Shown one piece after another: positions 41,310 to 51,705 of a stretch of DNA of 64,000 nucleotides. Source of the stretch: an uncultured Bacteroidales bacterium (GTDB lineage Bacteria > Bacteroidota > Bacteroidia > Bacteroidales > VadinHA17); contig CAVVRY010000014.1 of assembly GCA_963750735.1 (NCBI GenBank), forward strand, positions 143,568-207,567, given 5' to 3'. Position 1 is the first letter of the stretch, and each line of letters opens with the position of its first letter. The notes under the pieces are model-generated. The model saw only the letters and a list, made by a program, of their open reading frames with translations, ran no database searches and had not been told where the DNA came from. A program made the position numbers and the translations under genes.

Positions 41310-42299
41310 TTAATATCTGCTTAACCAACGATATCTCCTTGCATTGTCTCCAAACTTAACTGCAAACATGAATTCATGTGAACCATATGTGTACTTTGAA
41401 ATACTGCTAAAGCCATAGTCAAATGCATATCCAATGTGGAAATTCTCAATCTTAATGCCTGCAAAAATAACAACTGCATCAGGTGATCTATAGGATAAGC
41501 CTCCCCAATAAGATTCTTTATACTCAACCTTACCACTTATATCCATCTGGAAAGTTCTTAGGTTATCAGGTGATTTCATTAAGGCCGATGGGATAATTGA
41601 AAAATTATCGTTTAGTACAAATTCGTATCCGCCTGTTATATAATAATACCGTAGCATCTTATAATTATTATCTCCCTGCTGTCCGATCTTAAACATGGAC
41701 TGAAATAAGTTTATCGCTGAAAATCCAACATAATAGTCTCTTGTCCGGTAAAATACTCCAAAGTTTACATCCGGTATAAAAACCGAACGATCATAATTTA
41801 ACAATACCGGATCATCGGGATCATAAGCATCGAAAAATCCATCTCCACTAATACTCAATTGATAGCCTACTGCAGTTAATCCAAAAGATAACTGTGACTT
41901 TCGCAATTGAATATGGTAGGCATAAGTAAATTGAAGACCTGTTCTGCGAAGCATCCCATTTCGATCCGTAAAGAAGTGACTTCCCAAGCCTACACGGCCA
42001 CTTCTGGAGGGCTTTTGCATCTTTTTCTTAACTGATCTGGATCTCGATATATAACTCTTTTTCAATAGTCTGGTCTGAAAACTTACGGCCTGGGTGCTGG
42101 GCGAATTCTGTAAACCCAACCATTGCTCCCGGGCAGTAACGTTTATGGAAGTATAGCCATCAGCTCCTGCAATCGCCGGGTTTATAAGAAACATATTCAT
42201 CATATACTGGCTATAAACCGGTAATTGCTGTCCAAAGGTGGTTCCAATAATAAGGCTTGCTCCCAGAACCATTAATCCTTTTTTTACAAAATTCATCAT
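41310..42299 (-). CDS. sprF: PorP/SprF-family type IX secretion system membrane protein
   Basis: Signal peptide, then QQLPVYSQYMMNMFLINPAIAG...REQW.G....P.T, the hallmark N-terminus of PorP/SprF proteins. C-terminal beta-barrel ending ...WLSRY. Starts 20 nt downstream of the giant adhesin stop. Confidence 0.9.
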   Translation of the reverse strand: MMNFVKKGLMVLGASLIIGTTFGQQLPVYSQYMMNMFLINPAIAGADGYTSINVTAREQWLGLQNSPSTQAVSFQTRLLKKSYISRSRSVKKKMQKPSRSGRVGLGSHFFTDRNGMLRRTGLQFTYAYHIQLRKSQLSFGLTAVGYQLSISGDGFFDAYDPDDPVLLNYDRSVFIPDVNFGVFYRTRDYYVGFSAINLFQSMFKIGQQGDNNYKMLRYYYITGGYEFVLNDNFSIIPSALMKSPDNLRTFQMDISGKVEYKESYWGGLSYRSPDAVVIFAGIKIENFHIGYAFDYGFSSISKYTYGSHEFMFAVKFGDNARRYRWLSRY

Positions 42300-42319
42300 T
42301 CAACTATAGAATTTAAGAA

Positions 42320-43440
42320 TTATAAAATTATAGTTACATTTCCTGTGATAGGATCACTTCCATCACCCAGAGTCAATATAAACTGGTACGAATCCATTGG
42401 CAATGCTTTTCCTCCATCGGTACCATCCCATGGAATATCATATCCATTTGAGGAACTGTAAACCATCTTACCCCACCTTGTAAAGATTTCCATTCTAGCA
42501 TCCGGATACAATTCAATTCCACGTATTTGCCATGTATCGTTGAATCCATCTCCATTCGGTGTAAACACCTTAGGTATTTCGAGGCAATCGCCATCATAAG
42601 GTACATCAATATCATCTTCAACAACACACATGTTTGCATCCATAACTTCAACATGATATGCACCGCCCTCTAGATTAGTTCTATCCTCAGATGATGAAAG
42701 ATCTTCCCATGTAATACTGTATGGTTCAGTTCCGCCTGAAATATTCAAGTTAATAGCTCCATCTGCATCACCAGGACAACTTGCCGGAGTTACAGTAGGA
42801 TTAATTCTCAATACATCAGGTTGTCCAACATCAAAGGAACCATTCTGACTACATCCATCACTATCAGTGACCGTAACTGTATAGCTACCTGCTGAAAGAT
42901 TAGATACTGTTGAAACAGTCTGGCCATTAAACCATTCATAACTAAATGTTCCACTTCCTCCTGATGCTGATACAGTGGCCTCTCCATCTGAATCTCCGTT
43001 GCAACTTACATCTGTTACAGTTACATTTACTACTATTGCTGCTGGTTCATTCAAGGTAAAGCTTCCAGTTCCTGTTAATAGATTATTATCTGTCACAATT
43101 ACCTCATAATCACCTGCACCCAAAGTATTCTGATCTCTTTGTCCCTGTATAATTCCACCGCCATTTGTCGTACTCCAGTTATAGGTATATGGACTTGTTC
43201 CTCCTGCCACAGTTAAGATTATTGTACCATCGCCTGAAGAATTACAGGATAGATCGGTTGTAATACCAGTTACTGTTACTCCAAGTGGTTCAGTGACTAT
43301 GTAACTTTCATTTTCAACACATCCGTTCGCATCTGTTACAATAACATCATAGGTACCTGCAGTTAAGCCGCTTTGATCTTCATCACCTGGTACCAGACCA
43401 CTTCCATCTGAAGTACTCCAGGAGTATGTATAAGCAATAC
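42320..43440 (-). CDS. giant adhesin C-terminal fragment with type-B T9SS sorting domain
   Basis: The ORF track starts at an internal GTG (43210). My hand translation is open back to ~43440 (..YTYSWSTSDGSGLVPGDEDQSGLTAGTYDVIVTDANGC..). Ends with FTPNGDGFNDTWQI...MDSYQFILTLGDGSDPITGNVTIIL. Confidence 0.85.
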
Positions 43441-43818
43441 ACCACCATTTACATTTAAATCAATTGCACCATCATTTCCGCCATTTAAGCTTACATCTGT
43501 TACAACTGCAGTAAGTACTATTTGGGCTGGTTCAGAAATTGAAATTGTTGATCCAAATACCTCACAACCATTCACATCCCTTACTCCTATATCATAGTTA
43601 CCTGCTCCAAGTCCTGTAAAGATGCCGCCATTGGATACATAGTTTAATCCTCCGTCTACGGAATATTCATAGGGTGATGTTCCGCCTGAAACTACTATCG
43701 ATATAGTTCCATCATTTGCTCCATTACAAGTTAAATCTGTTGATGATTCACTGTCGATACTAATCGCTAGTGGATCTGTTATGGTTAAAGTCGATCCGAA
43801 AATTTCGCATCCATTCAC
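43363..43818 (-). CDS. giant adhesin frame fragment (diverged SprB-type modules)
   Basis: Modules such as TDLTCNGANDGTISIVVSGGTSPYEYSVDGGLNYVSNGGIFTGLGAGNYDIGVRDVNGC. The tail is out of frame after ..NVNGGVL. Confidence 0.8.
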   Translation of the reverse strand: MNGCEIFGSTLTITDPLAISIDSESSTDLTCNGANDGTISIVVSGGTSPYEYSVDGGLNYVSNGGIFTGLGAGNYDIGVRDVNGCEVFGSTISISEPAQIVLTAVVTDVSLNGGNDGAIDLNVNGGVLLIHTPGVLQMEVVWYQVMKIKAA

Positions 43819-44163
43819 ATCTCTTACACCTATATCATAATTACCTGCTGCAAGTCCTGTAAAGCTTCCTCCATTTGATAAATAGTTTAATCCTCCGTCT
43901 ACTGAGTATTCATATGGTGATGTTCCACCTGATACTACTATCGATATAGATCCATCATTCGCTCCATTACAGCTAATGTCTGTTGAACTTCGGAGTCTAT
44001 GTGTTATGGCGACTGGCTCAGTCTACTGATTAAGGTTGATGCCTGCAATGACCTCACAACCATTTACATCTCTTACACTTCCTATATCAGTAATTTCCTG
44101 CACTAAGGCCTATAAAACTGCCACCATTTGATTACATAATTTAATCCACCATCTACGGAATAC

Positions 44164-44799
44164 TCATACGGCTGATGTTCCACCGCTTGCGGTGACCGTT
44201 ACTGTTCCATCATTTGCTCCGTTGCATGTAATATCTGTTGATGCTTCTGAGTCTATTGTTATGGCTGCTGGTTCGGCTATGATCAGGTTGCTGCTTGCAA
44301 CTGGTCCACATCCATTGGCATCTGTTACACTTACTGTATAAGTATTTGCTGGTAAGCTTGTAAATGATCCGGTTCCATTGCTGATTGCTCCGGGGTTCAA
44401 TGTATAGATCAAAGCTCCGGTTCCACCACTGGCTGATACCGTTACTGTTCCATCATTTGCTCCGTTGCAGGTGATATCTGTCGATGCTTCTGAGTCTATG
44501 CTTATCGCTGCTGGTTCTGCTATGATCAGGTTGCTACTTACAACTGGTCCACATCCATTGGCATCGGTTACACTTACTGTATAGCTATTGGCTGAAAGGT
44601 TCGTAAATGATCCGGTTCCATTGCTGATCGCTCCTGGGTTCAATGTATAGATCAAGGCTCCTGTTCCGCCACTGGCTGTTACCGTTACTGTTCCATCATT
44701 TGCTCCGTTGCATGTAATATCTGTCGATGCTTCTGAGTCTATGTTTATCGCTACTGGTTCTGCTATGACTAAGGTTGATACGTTACTTCTGGTCCACAT
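44164..44799 (-). CDS. giant adhesin frame fragment (243-bp array, C-terminal-most copies)
   Basis: About 2.5 modules. Confidence 0.8.
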   Translation of the reverse strand: MWTRSNVSTLVIAEPVAINIDSEASTDITCNGANDGTVTVTASGGTGALIYTLNPGAISNGTGSFTNLSANSYTVSVTDANGCGPVVSSNLIIAEPAAISIDSEASTDITCNGANDGTVTVSASGGTGALIYTLNPGAISNGTGSFTSLPANTYTVSVTDANGCGPVASSNLIIAEPAAITIDSEASTDITCNGANDGTVTVTASGGTSAV

Positions 44800-45284
44800 C
44801 CATTTACATCTGTTACACTTACTGTATAGTTATTTGCTGACAGGTTTATAAATGTTCCGGTTCCATTGCTGATCGCTCCAGGGTTCAAGGTATAGATCAA
44901 GGCTGAGGTTCCACCGCTTGCTGTTACCGTTACTGTTCCATCATTTGCTCCATTGCATGTAATATCTGTTGATGCTTCTGAGTCTATGCTTATCGCTGCT
45001 GGTTCTGCTATGATCAGGTTGCTGCTTGCAACTGGTCCACATCCATTGGCATCGGTTACACTTACTGTATAAGTATTTGCTGGTAAGTTTGTAAATGATC
45101 CGGTTCCATTGCTGATTGCTCCGGGGTTCAATGTATAGATCAAAGCTCCGGTTCCGCCACTTGCGGTTACCGTTACTGTTCCATCATTTGCTCCGTTGCA
45201 GGTAATATCTGTTGATGCTTCTGAGTCTATGCTTATCGCTGCTGGTTCTGCTATGATAAGGTTGAACTTACTTCTGGTCCACAT
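44769..45284 (-). CDS. giant adhesin frame fragment (243-bp array)
   Basis: Two modules. Confidence 0.8.
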   Translation of the reverse strand: MWTRSKFNLIIAEPAAISIDSEASTDITCNGANDGTVTVTASGGTGALIYTLNPGAISNGTGSFTNLPANTYTVSVTDANGCGPVASSNLIIAEPAAISIDSEASTDITCNGANDGTVTVTASGGTSALIYTLNPGAISNGTGTFINLSANNYTVSVTDVNGCGPEVTYQP

Positions 45285-46012
45285 CCATTGGCATCGGTTA
45301 CACTTACTGTATAGCTATTGGCTGACAGGTTCGTAAATGATCCGGTTCCATTGCTGATCGCTCCAGGGTTCAATGTATAGATCAAGGCTCCGGTTCCACC
45401 GCTTGCTGTTACCGTTACTGTTCCATCATTCGCTCCGTTGCAGGTAATATCTGTTGATGCTTCTGAGTCTATGCTTATCGCTGCTGGTTCTGCTATGACT
45501 AAGCTTGAACTTACTTCTGGTCCGCATCCATTGGCATCGGTTACACTTACTGTATAAGTATTGGCTGACAGGTTTGTAAATGATCCGGTTCCATTGCTGA
45601 TCGCTCCGGGGTTCAATGTATAGATCAAAGCTCCGGTTCCGCCACTGGCTGATACTGTTACTGTTCCATCATTTGCTCCGTTGCATGTAATATCTGTTGA
45701 TGCTTCTGAGTCTATGCTTATCGCTGCTGGTTCTGCTATGACTAAGCTTGAACTTACTTCTGGTCCACATCCATTGGCATCAGTTACACTTACTGTATAG
45801 CTATTGGCTGACAGGTTCGTGAATGATCCGGTTCCATTGCTTATCGCTCCTGGGTTCAATGTATAGATCAAGGCTCCGGTTCCGCCACTGGCTGATACTG
45901 TTACTGTTCCATCATTCGCTCCGTTGCATGTAATATCTGTCGATGCTTCTGAGTCTATCGTTATGGCAGCTGGTTCGGCTATGATAAGGTTGAACTTACA
46001 TCTGGTCCGCAT
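45251..46012 (-). CDS. giant adhesin frame fragment (243-bp array)
   Basis: Three modules. Confidence 0.8.
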   Translation of the reverse strand: MRTRCKFNLIIAEPAAITIDSEASTDITCNGANDGTVTVSASGGTGALIYTLNPGAISNGTGSFTNLSANSYTVSVTDANGCGPEVSSSLVIAEPAAISIDSEASTDITCNGANDGTVTVSASGGTGALIYTLNPGAISNGTGSFTNLSANTYTVSVTDANGCGPEVSSSLVIAEPAAISIDSEASTDITCNGANDGTVTVTASGGTGALIYTLNPGAISNGTGSFTNLSANSYTVSVTDANGCGPEVSSTLS

Positions 46013-47073
46013 CCATTGGCGTCGGTTACACTTACTGTATAAGTATTGGCTGACAGGTTGGTAAAGGTTCCGGTTCCATTGCTGATCGCTCCAGGGTTCA
46101 ATGTATAGATCAGGGCTCCGGTTCCGCCACTGGCTGATACTGTTACTGTTCCATCATTTGCTCCGTTGCAGGTAATATCTGTCGATGCTTCTGAGTCTAT
46201 CGTTATGGCAGCCGGTTCGGCTATGACTAAGCTTGAACTTACTTCTGGTCCGCATCCATTGGCGTCGGTTACACTTACTGTATAAGTATTGGCTGACAGG
46301 TTGGTAAAGGTTCCGGTTCCATTGCTGATCGCTCCCGGGTTCAATGTATAGATCAAGGCTCCGGTTCCACCGCTTGCTGTTACTGTTACTGTTCCATCAT
46401 TTGCTCCGTTGCATGTAATATCTGTCGATGCTTCTGAGTCTATTGTTATCGCTGCTGGTTCTGCTATGATAAGCTTGCTACTTACAACTGGTCCACATCC
46501 ATTGGCATCGGTTACACTTACTGTATAGCTATTGGCTGACAGGTTCGTAAAGGTTCCGGTTCCATTGCTTATCGCTCCAGGGTTCAATGTATAGATCAGG
46601 GCTCCGGTTCCACCGCTTGCTGTTACTGTTACTGTTCCATCATTTGCTCCGTTGCATGTAATATCTGTCGATGCTTCTGAGTCTATTGTTATGGCTGCTG
46701 GTTCGGCTATGATCAGGTTGCTGCTTGCAACTGGTCCACATCCATTGGCATCGGTTACACTTACTGTATAGCTATTGGCTGACAGGTTCGTAAATGATCC
46801 GGTTCCATTGCTGATCGCTCCAGGGTTCAATGTATAGATCAAGGCTCCGGTTCCACCGCTTGCTGTTACCGTTACTGTTCCATCATTTGCTCCATTGCAA
46901 GTAATATCTGTTGATGCTTCTGAGTCGATGCTTATCGCTGCTGGTTCTGCTATGATCAGGTTGCTGCTGGCAACTGGTCCACATCCATTGGCATCGGTTA
47001 CACTTACTGTATAGCTATTGGCTGACAGGTTCGTAAAGGTTCCGGTTCCATTGCTGATCGCTCCCGGGTTCAA
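45979..47073 (-). CDS. giant adhesin frame fragment (243-bp array)
   Basis: About 4.5 modules. Confidence 0.8.
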   Translation of the reverse strand: MNPGAISNGTGTFTNLSANSYTVSVTDANGCGPVASSNLIIAEPAAISIDSEASTDITCNGANDGTVTVTASGGTGALIYTLNPGAISNGTGSFTNLSANSYTVSVTDANGCGPVASSNLIIAEPAAITIDSEASTDITCNGANDGTVTVTASGGTGALIYTLNPGAISNGTGTFTNLSANSYTVSVTDANGCGPVVSSKLIIAEPAAITIDSEASTDITCNGANDGTVTVTASGGTGALIYTLNPGAISNGTGTFTNLSANTYTVSVTDANGCGPEVSSSLVIAEPAAITIDSEASTDITCNGANDGTVTVSASGGTGALIYTLNPGAISNGTGTFTNLSANTYTVSVTDANGCGPDVSSTLS

Positions 47074-47168
47074 TGTATAGATCAGGGCTCCGGTTCCGCC
47101 ACTTGCTGTTACCGTTACTGTTCCATCATTCGCTCCATTGCAGGTAATATCTGTTGATGCTTCTGAGT

Positions 47169-47468
47169 CTATGTTATCGCTGCTGGTTCTGCTATGATCA
47201 GGTTGCTACTTGCAACTGGTCCACATCCATTGGCATCGGTTACACTTACTGTATAGCTATTGGCTGACAGGTTCGTAAAGGTTCCGGTTCCATTGCTGAT
47301 CGCTCCAGGGTTCAATGTATAGATCAAGGCTCCGGTTCCGCCACTTGCTGTTACCGTTACTGTTCCATCATTTGCTCCGTTGCATGTAATATCTGTCGAT
47401 GCTTCTGAGTCTATGCTTATCGCTGCTGGTTCTGCTATGATCAGGTTGTACTTGCAACTGGTCCACAT
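47169..47468 (-). CDS. giant adhesin frame fragment (243-bp array)
   Basis: One module. Confidence 0.8.
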   Translation of the reverse strand: MWTSCKYNLIIAEPAAISIDSEASTDITCNGANDGTVTVTASGGTGALIYTLNPGAISNGTGTFTNLSANSYTVSVTDANGCGPVASSNLIIAEPAAIT

Positions 47469-47800
47469 CCATTGGCATCGGTTACACTTACTGTATAGCT
47501 ATTGGCTGACAGGTTCGTAAATGATCCGGTTCCATTGCTGATAGCTCCAGGGTTCAATGTATAGATCAGGGCTCCGGTTCCGCCGCTTGCGGTTACTGTT
47601 ACTGTTCCATCATTTGCTCCGTTGCATGTAATATCTGTTGATGCTTCTGAGTCTATGCTTATCGCTGCTGGTTCTGCTATGACTAAGCTTGAACTTACTT
47701 CTGGTCCACATCCATTGGCATCGGTTACACTTACTGTATAGCTATTGGCTGAAAGGTTTGTAAATGATCCGGTTCCATTGCTGATCGCTCCAGGGTTCAA
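47441..47800 (-). CDS. giant adhesin frame fragment (243-bp array)
   Basis: About 1.5 modules. Confidence 0.8.
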   Translation of the reverse strand: MNPGAISNGTGSFTNLSANSYTVSVTDANGCGPEVSSSLVIAEPAAISIDSEASTDITCNGANDGTVTVTASGGTGALIYTLNPGAISNGTGSFTNLSANSYTVSVTDANGCGPVASTT

Positions 47801-47808
47801 TGTATAGA

Positions 47809-48297
47809 TCAGGCTCCTGTTCCGCCGCTTGCAGTTACCGTTACTGTTCCATCATTTGCTCCGTTACAGGTAATATCTGTTGATGCTTCTGAGTCTATGC
47901 TTATCGCTGCTGGTTCTGCTATGACTAAGCTTGAACTTACTTCTGGTCCACATCCATTGGCATCGGTTACACTTACTGTATAGCTATTGGCTGACAGGTT
48001 GGTGAATGATCCGGTTCCATTGCTTATAGCTCCAGGGTTCAATGTATAGATCAAGGCTCCGGTTCCGCCACTGGCTGATACTGTTACTGTTCCATCATTT
48101 GCTCCATTACAGGTAATATCTGTTGATGCTTCTGAGTCTATGCTTATCGCTGCTGGTTCTGCTATGACTAAGTTTGAACTTACTTCTGGTCCACATCCAT
48201 TGGCATCGGTTACACTTACTGTATAGCTATTGGCTGACAGGTTCGTAAATGATCCGGTTCCATTGCTGATCGCTCCCGGGTTCAATGTATAGATCAA
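47809..48297 (-). CDS. giant adhesin frame fragment (243-bp array)
   Basis: Two modules. Confidence 0.8.
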   Translation of the reverse strand: MIYTLNPGAISNGTGSFTNLSANSYTVSVTDANGCGPEVSSNLVIAEPAAISIDSEASTDITCNGANDGTVTVSASGGTGALIYTLNPGAISNGTGSFTNLSANSYTVSVTDANGCGPEVSSSLVIAEPAAISIDSEASTDITCNGANDGTVTVTASGGTGA

Positions 48298-48337
48298 AGC
48301 TCCGGTTCCGCCACTGGCTGTTACCGTTACTGTTCCA

Positions 48338-48547
48338 TCATTTGCTCCGTTGCAGGTAATATCTGTTGATGCTTCTGAGTCTATTGCTTATCGCTGCTGG
48401 TTCTGCTATGATCAGGTTGCTGCTGAGCTCGTAACTGGTCCACATCCATTGGCATCGGTTACACTTACTGTATAAGCTATTGGCTGACAGGTTCGTAAAT
48501 GATCCGGTTCCATTGCTGATTGCTCCAGGGTTCAAGGTATAGATCAA
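48338..48547 (-). CDS. giant adhesin frame fragment (243-bp array, locally scrambled)
   Basis: Starts in the module frame (IYTLNPGAISNGTGSFTNLSANS), then drifts out of frame; several indels within one repeat unit. Confidence 0.65.
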   Translation of the reverse strand: MIYTLNPGAISNGTGSFTNLSANSLYSKCNRCQWMWTSYELSSNLIIAEPAAISNRLRSINRYYLQRSK

Positions 48548-48630
48548 GGCTCCGGTTCCACCACTTGCTGATACCGTTACTGTTCCATCATTTGCTCCGT
48601 TGCATGTAATATCTGTTGATGCTTCTGAGT

Positions 48631-49419
48631 CTATGTTATGGCTGCTGGTTCTGCTATGATCAGGTTGCTACTTACTTCTGGTCCACATCCATTGGCATCG
48701 GTTACACTTACTGTATAGCTATTGGCTGACAGGTTCGTAAATGATCCGGTTCCATTGCTTATAGCTCCAGGGTTCAATGTATAGATCAAGGCTCCGGTTC
48801 CACCACTTGCGGTTACCGTTACTGTTCCATCATTTGCTCCGTTGCATGTAATATCTGTTGATGCTTCTGAGTCTATGCTTATGGCTGCTGGTTCTGCTAT
48901 GATCAGGTTGCTACTTACTTCTGGTCCACATCCATTGGCATCGGTTACACTTACTGTATAGCTATTGGCTGACAGGTTGGTGAATGATCCGGTTCCATTG
49001 CTTATAGCTCCAGGGTTCAATGTATAGATCAAGGCTCCGGTTCCGCCGCTTGCTGTTACCGTTACTGTTCCATCATTTGCTCCATTACAGGTAATATCTG
49101 TTGATGCTTCTGAGTCTATGCTTATCGCTGCTGGTTCTGCTATGACTAAGCTTGAACTTACTTCTGGTCCACATCCATTGGCATCGGTTACACTTACTGT
49201 ATAGCTATTGGCTGACAGGTTGGTGAATGATCCGGTTCCATTGCTGATCGCTCCCGGGTTCAATGTATAGATCAGGGCTCCGGTTCCGCCACTGGCTGAT
49301 ACCGTTACTGTTCCATCATTCGCTCCATTGCAGGTAATATCTGTTGATGCTTCTGAGTCTATGCTTATCGCTGCTGGTTCTGCTATGATCAGGTTGCTGA
49401 ACTGACAACTGGTCCACAT
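48631..49419 (-). CDS. giant adhesin frame fragment (243-bp array)
   Basis: Three modules, bounded by frame breaks. Confidence 0.8.
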   Translation of the reverse strand: MWTSCQFSNLIIAEPAAISIDSEASTDITCNGANDGTVTVSASGGTGALIYTLNPGAISNGTGSFTNLSANSYTVSVTDANGCGPEVSSSLVIAEPAAISIDSEASTDITCNGANDGTVTVTASGGTGALIYTLNPGAISNGTGSFTNLSANSYTVSVTDANGCGPEVSSNLIIAEPAAISIDSEASTDITCNGANDGTVTVTASGGTGALIYTLNPGAISNGTGSFTNLSANSYTVSVTDANGCGPEVSSNLIIAEPAAIT

Positions 49420-49661
49420 CCATTGGCATCGGTTACACTTACTGTATAGCTATTGGCTGACAGGTTCGTAAATGTTCCGGTTCCATTGCTTATAGCTCCA
49501 GGGTTCAATGTATAGATCAAGGCTCCGGTTCCGCCACTTGCTGTTACCGTTACTGTTCCATCATTTGCTCCGTTGCATGTAATATCTGTTGATGCTTCTG
49601 AGTCGATGCTTATGGCTGCTGGTTCTGCTATGATCAGGTTGAACTTACTTCTGGTCCACAT
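49389..49661 (-). CDS. giant adhesin frame fragment (243-bp array)
   Basis: One module, bounded by linker frame breaks. Confidence 0.8.
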   Translation of the reverse strand: MWTRSKFNLIIAEPAAISIDSEASTDITCNGANDGTVTVTASGGTGALIYTLNPGAISNGTGTFTNLSANSYTVSVTDANGCGPVVSSAT

Positions 49662-50146
49662 CCATTGGCATCGGTTACACTTACTGTATAGCTATTGGCT
49701 GACAGGTTGGTAAATGTTCCGGTTCCATTGCTGATTGCTCCAGGGTTCAAGGTATAGATCAAGGCTCCGGTTCCGCCGCTTGCGGTTACTGTTACTGTTC
49801 CATCATTTGCTCCGTTGCATGTGATATCTGTTGATGCTTCTGAGTCTATGCTTATCGCTGCTGGTTCTGCTATGACTAAGCTTGAACTTACTTCTGGTCC
49901 ACATCCGTTGGCATCGGTTACACTTACTGTATAGCTATTGGCTGACAGGTTTGTAAATGATCCGGTTCCATTGCTGATCGCTCCAGGGTTCAAGGTATAG
50001 ATCAAAGCTCCTGTTCCGCCGCTTGCTGTTACCGTTACTGTTCCATCATTTGCTCCGTTACAGGTAATATCTGTCGATGCTTCTGAGTCTATGCTTATCG
50101 CTGCTGGTTCTGCTATGATCAGGTTGTACTTACTTCTGGTCCACAT
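49634..50146 (-). CDS. giant adhesin frame fragment (243-bp array)
   Basis: Two modules, bounded by breaks in the inter-module linker. Confidence 0.8.
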   Translation of the reverse strand: MWTRSKYNLIIAEPAAISIDSEASTDITCNGANDGTVTVTASGGTGALIYTLNPGAISNGTGSFTNLSANSYTVSVTDANGCGPEVSSSLVIAEPAAISIDSEASTDITCNGANDGTVTVTASGGTGALIYTLNPGAISNGTGTFTNLSANSYTVSVTDANGCGPEVSST

Positions 50147-51705
50147 CCGTTGGCATCGGTTACACTTACTGTATAGCTATTGGCTGACAGGTTGGTGAAT
50201 GATCCGGTTCCATTGCTTATAGCTCCAGGGTTCAATGTATAGATCAAGGCTCCTGTTCCGCCACTGGCTGATACCGTTACTGTTCCATCATTTGCTCCAT
50301 TGCAGGTAATATCTGTTGATGCTTCTGAGTCTATAGTTATCGCTGCTGGTTCTGCTATGACTAAGTTTGAACTTACTTCTGGTCCACATCCATTGGCATC
50401 GGTTACACTTACTGTATAGCTATTGGCTGACAGGTTGGTAAATGATCCGGTTCCATTGCTTATAGCTCCAGGGTTCAATGTATAGATCAAGGCTCCGGTT
50501 CCGCCACTTGCTGTTACCGTTACTGTTCCATCATTTGCTCCGTTGCATGTAATATCTGTTGATGCTTCTGAGTCGATGCTTATCGCTGCTGGTTCGGCTA
50601 TGATCAGGTTGCTGCTTACAACTGGTCCACATCCATTGGCATCTGTTACACTTACTGTATAGCTATTGGCTGACAGGTTCGTGAATGATCCGGTTCCATT
50701 GCTTATTGCTCCAGGGTTCAAGGTATAGATCAGGGCTCCGGTGCCGCCGCTTGCGGTTACTGTTACTGTTCCATCGTTTGCTCCGTTGCATGTGATATCT
50801 GTTGATGCTTCTGAGTCTATGCTTATCGCTGCTGGTTCTGCTATGACTAAGCTTGAACTTACTTCTGGTCCACATCCGTTGGCATCGGTTACACTTACTG
50901 TATAGCTATTGGCTGACAGGTTCGTAAATGATCCGGTTCCATTGCTGATAGCTCCTGGGTTCAAGGTATAGATCAAGGCTCCGGTTCCGCCGCTTGCAGT
51001 TACAGTTACTGTTCCATCATTTGCTCCGTTGCAGGTAATATCTGTCGATGTTTCTGAGTCTATGCTTATCGCTGCTGGTTCTGCTATGATCAGGTTGCTG
51101 CTTACAACTGGTCCACATCCATTGGCATCGGTTACACTTACTGTATAGCTATTGGCTGACAGGTTCGTGAATGATCCGGTTCCATTGCTTATAGCTCCCG
51201 GGTTCAATGTATAGATCAAGGCTCCGGTTCCGCCGCTGGCTGTTACTGTTACTGTTCCATCATTTGCTCCATTGCAGGTAATATCTGTTGATGCTTCTGA
51301 GTCTATACTTATCGCTGCTGGTTCTGCTATGACTAAGTTTGAACTTACTTCTGGTCCACATCCATTGGCATCGGTTACACTTACTGTATAGCTATTGGCT
51401 GACAGGTTCGTGAATGATCCGGTTCCATTGCTTATAGCTCCAGGGTTCAATGTATAGATCAGGGCTCCGGTTCCGCCACTGGCTGATACCGTTACTGTTC
51501 CATCATTTGCTCCGTTGCATGTAATATCTGTTGATGCTTCTGAGTCGATGCTTATCGCTGCTGGTTCGGCTATGATCAGGTTGCTGCTTACTACTGGTCC
51601 ACATCCATTGGCGTCGGTTACACTTACTGTATAGCTATTGGCTGACAGGTTCGTAAATGATCCGGTTCCATTGCTGATTGCTCCAGGGTTCAATGTATAG
51701 ATCAA
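50119..51705 (-). CDS. giant adhesin frame fragment (243-bp array, ~6.5 intact modules)
   Basis: 528 aa of uninterrupted 81-aa modules. Confidence 0.85.
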   Translation of the reverse strand: MIYTLNPGAISNGTGSFTNLSANSYTVSVTDANGCGPVVSSNLIIAEPAAISIDSEASTDITCNGANDGTVTVSASGGTGALIYTLNPGAISNGTGSFTNLSANSYTVSVTDANGCGPEVSSNLVIAEPAAISIDSEASTDITCNGANDGTVTVTASGGTGALIYTLNPGAISNGTGSFTNLSANSYTVSVTDANGCGPVVSSNLIIAEPAAISIDSETSTDITCNGANDGTVTVTASGGTGALIYTLNPGAISNGTGSFTNLSANSYTVSVTDANGCGPEVSSSLVIAEPAAISIDSEASTDITCNGANDGTVTVTASGGTGALIYTLNPGAISNGTGSFTNLSANSYTVSVTDANGCGPVVSSNLIIAEPAAISIDSEASTDITCNGANDGTVTVTASGGTGALIYTLNPGAISNGTGSFTNLSANSYTVSVTDANGCGPEVSSNLVIAEPAAITIDSEASTDITCNGANDGTVTVSASGGTGALIYTLNPGAISNGTGSFTNLSANSYTVSVTDANGCGPEVSTT

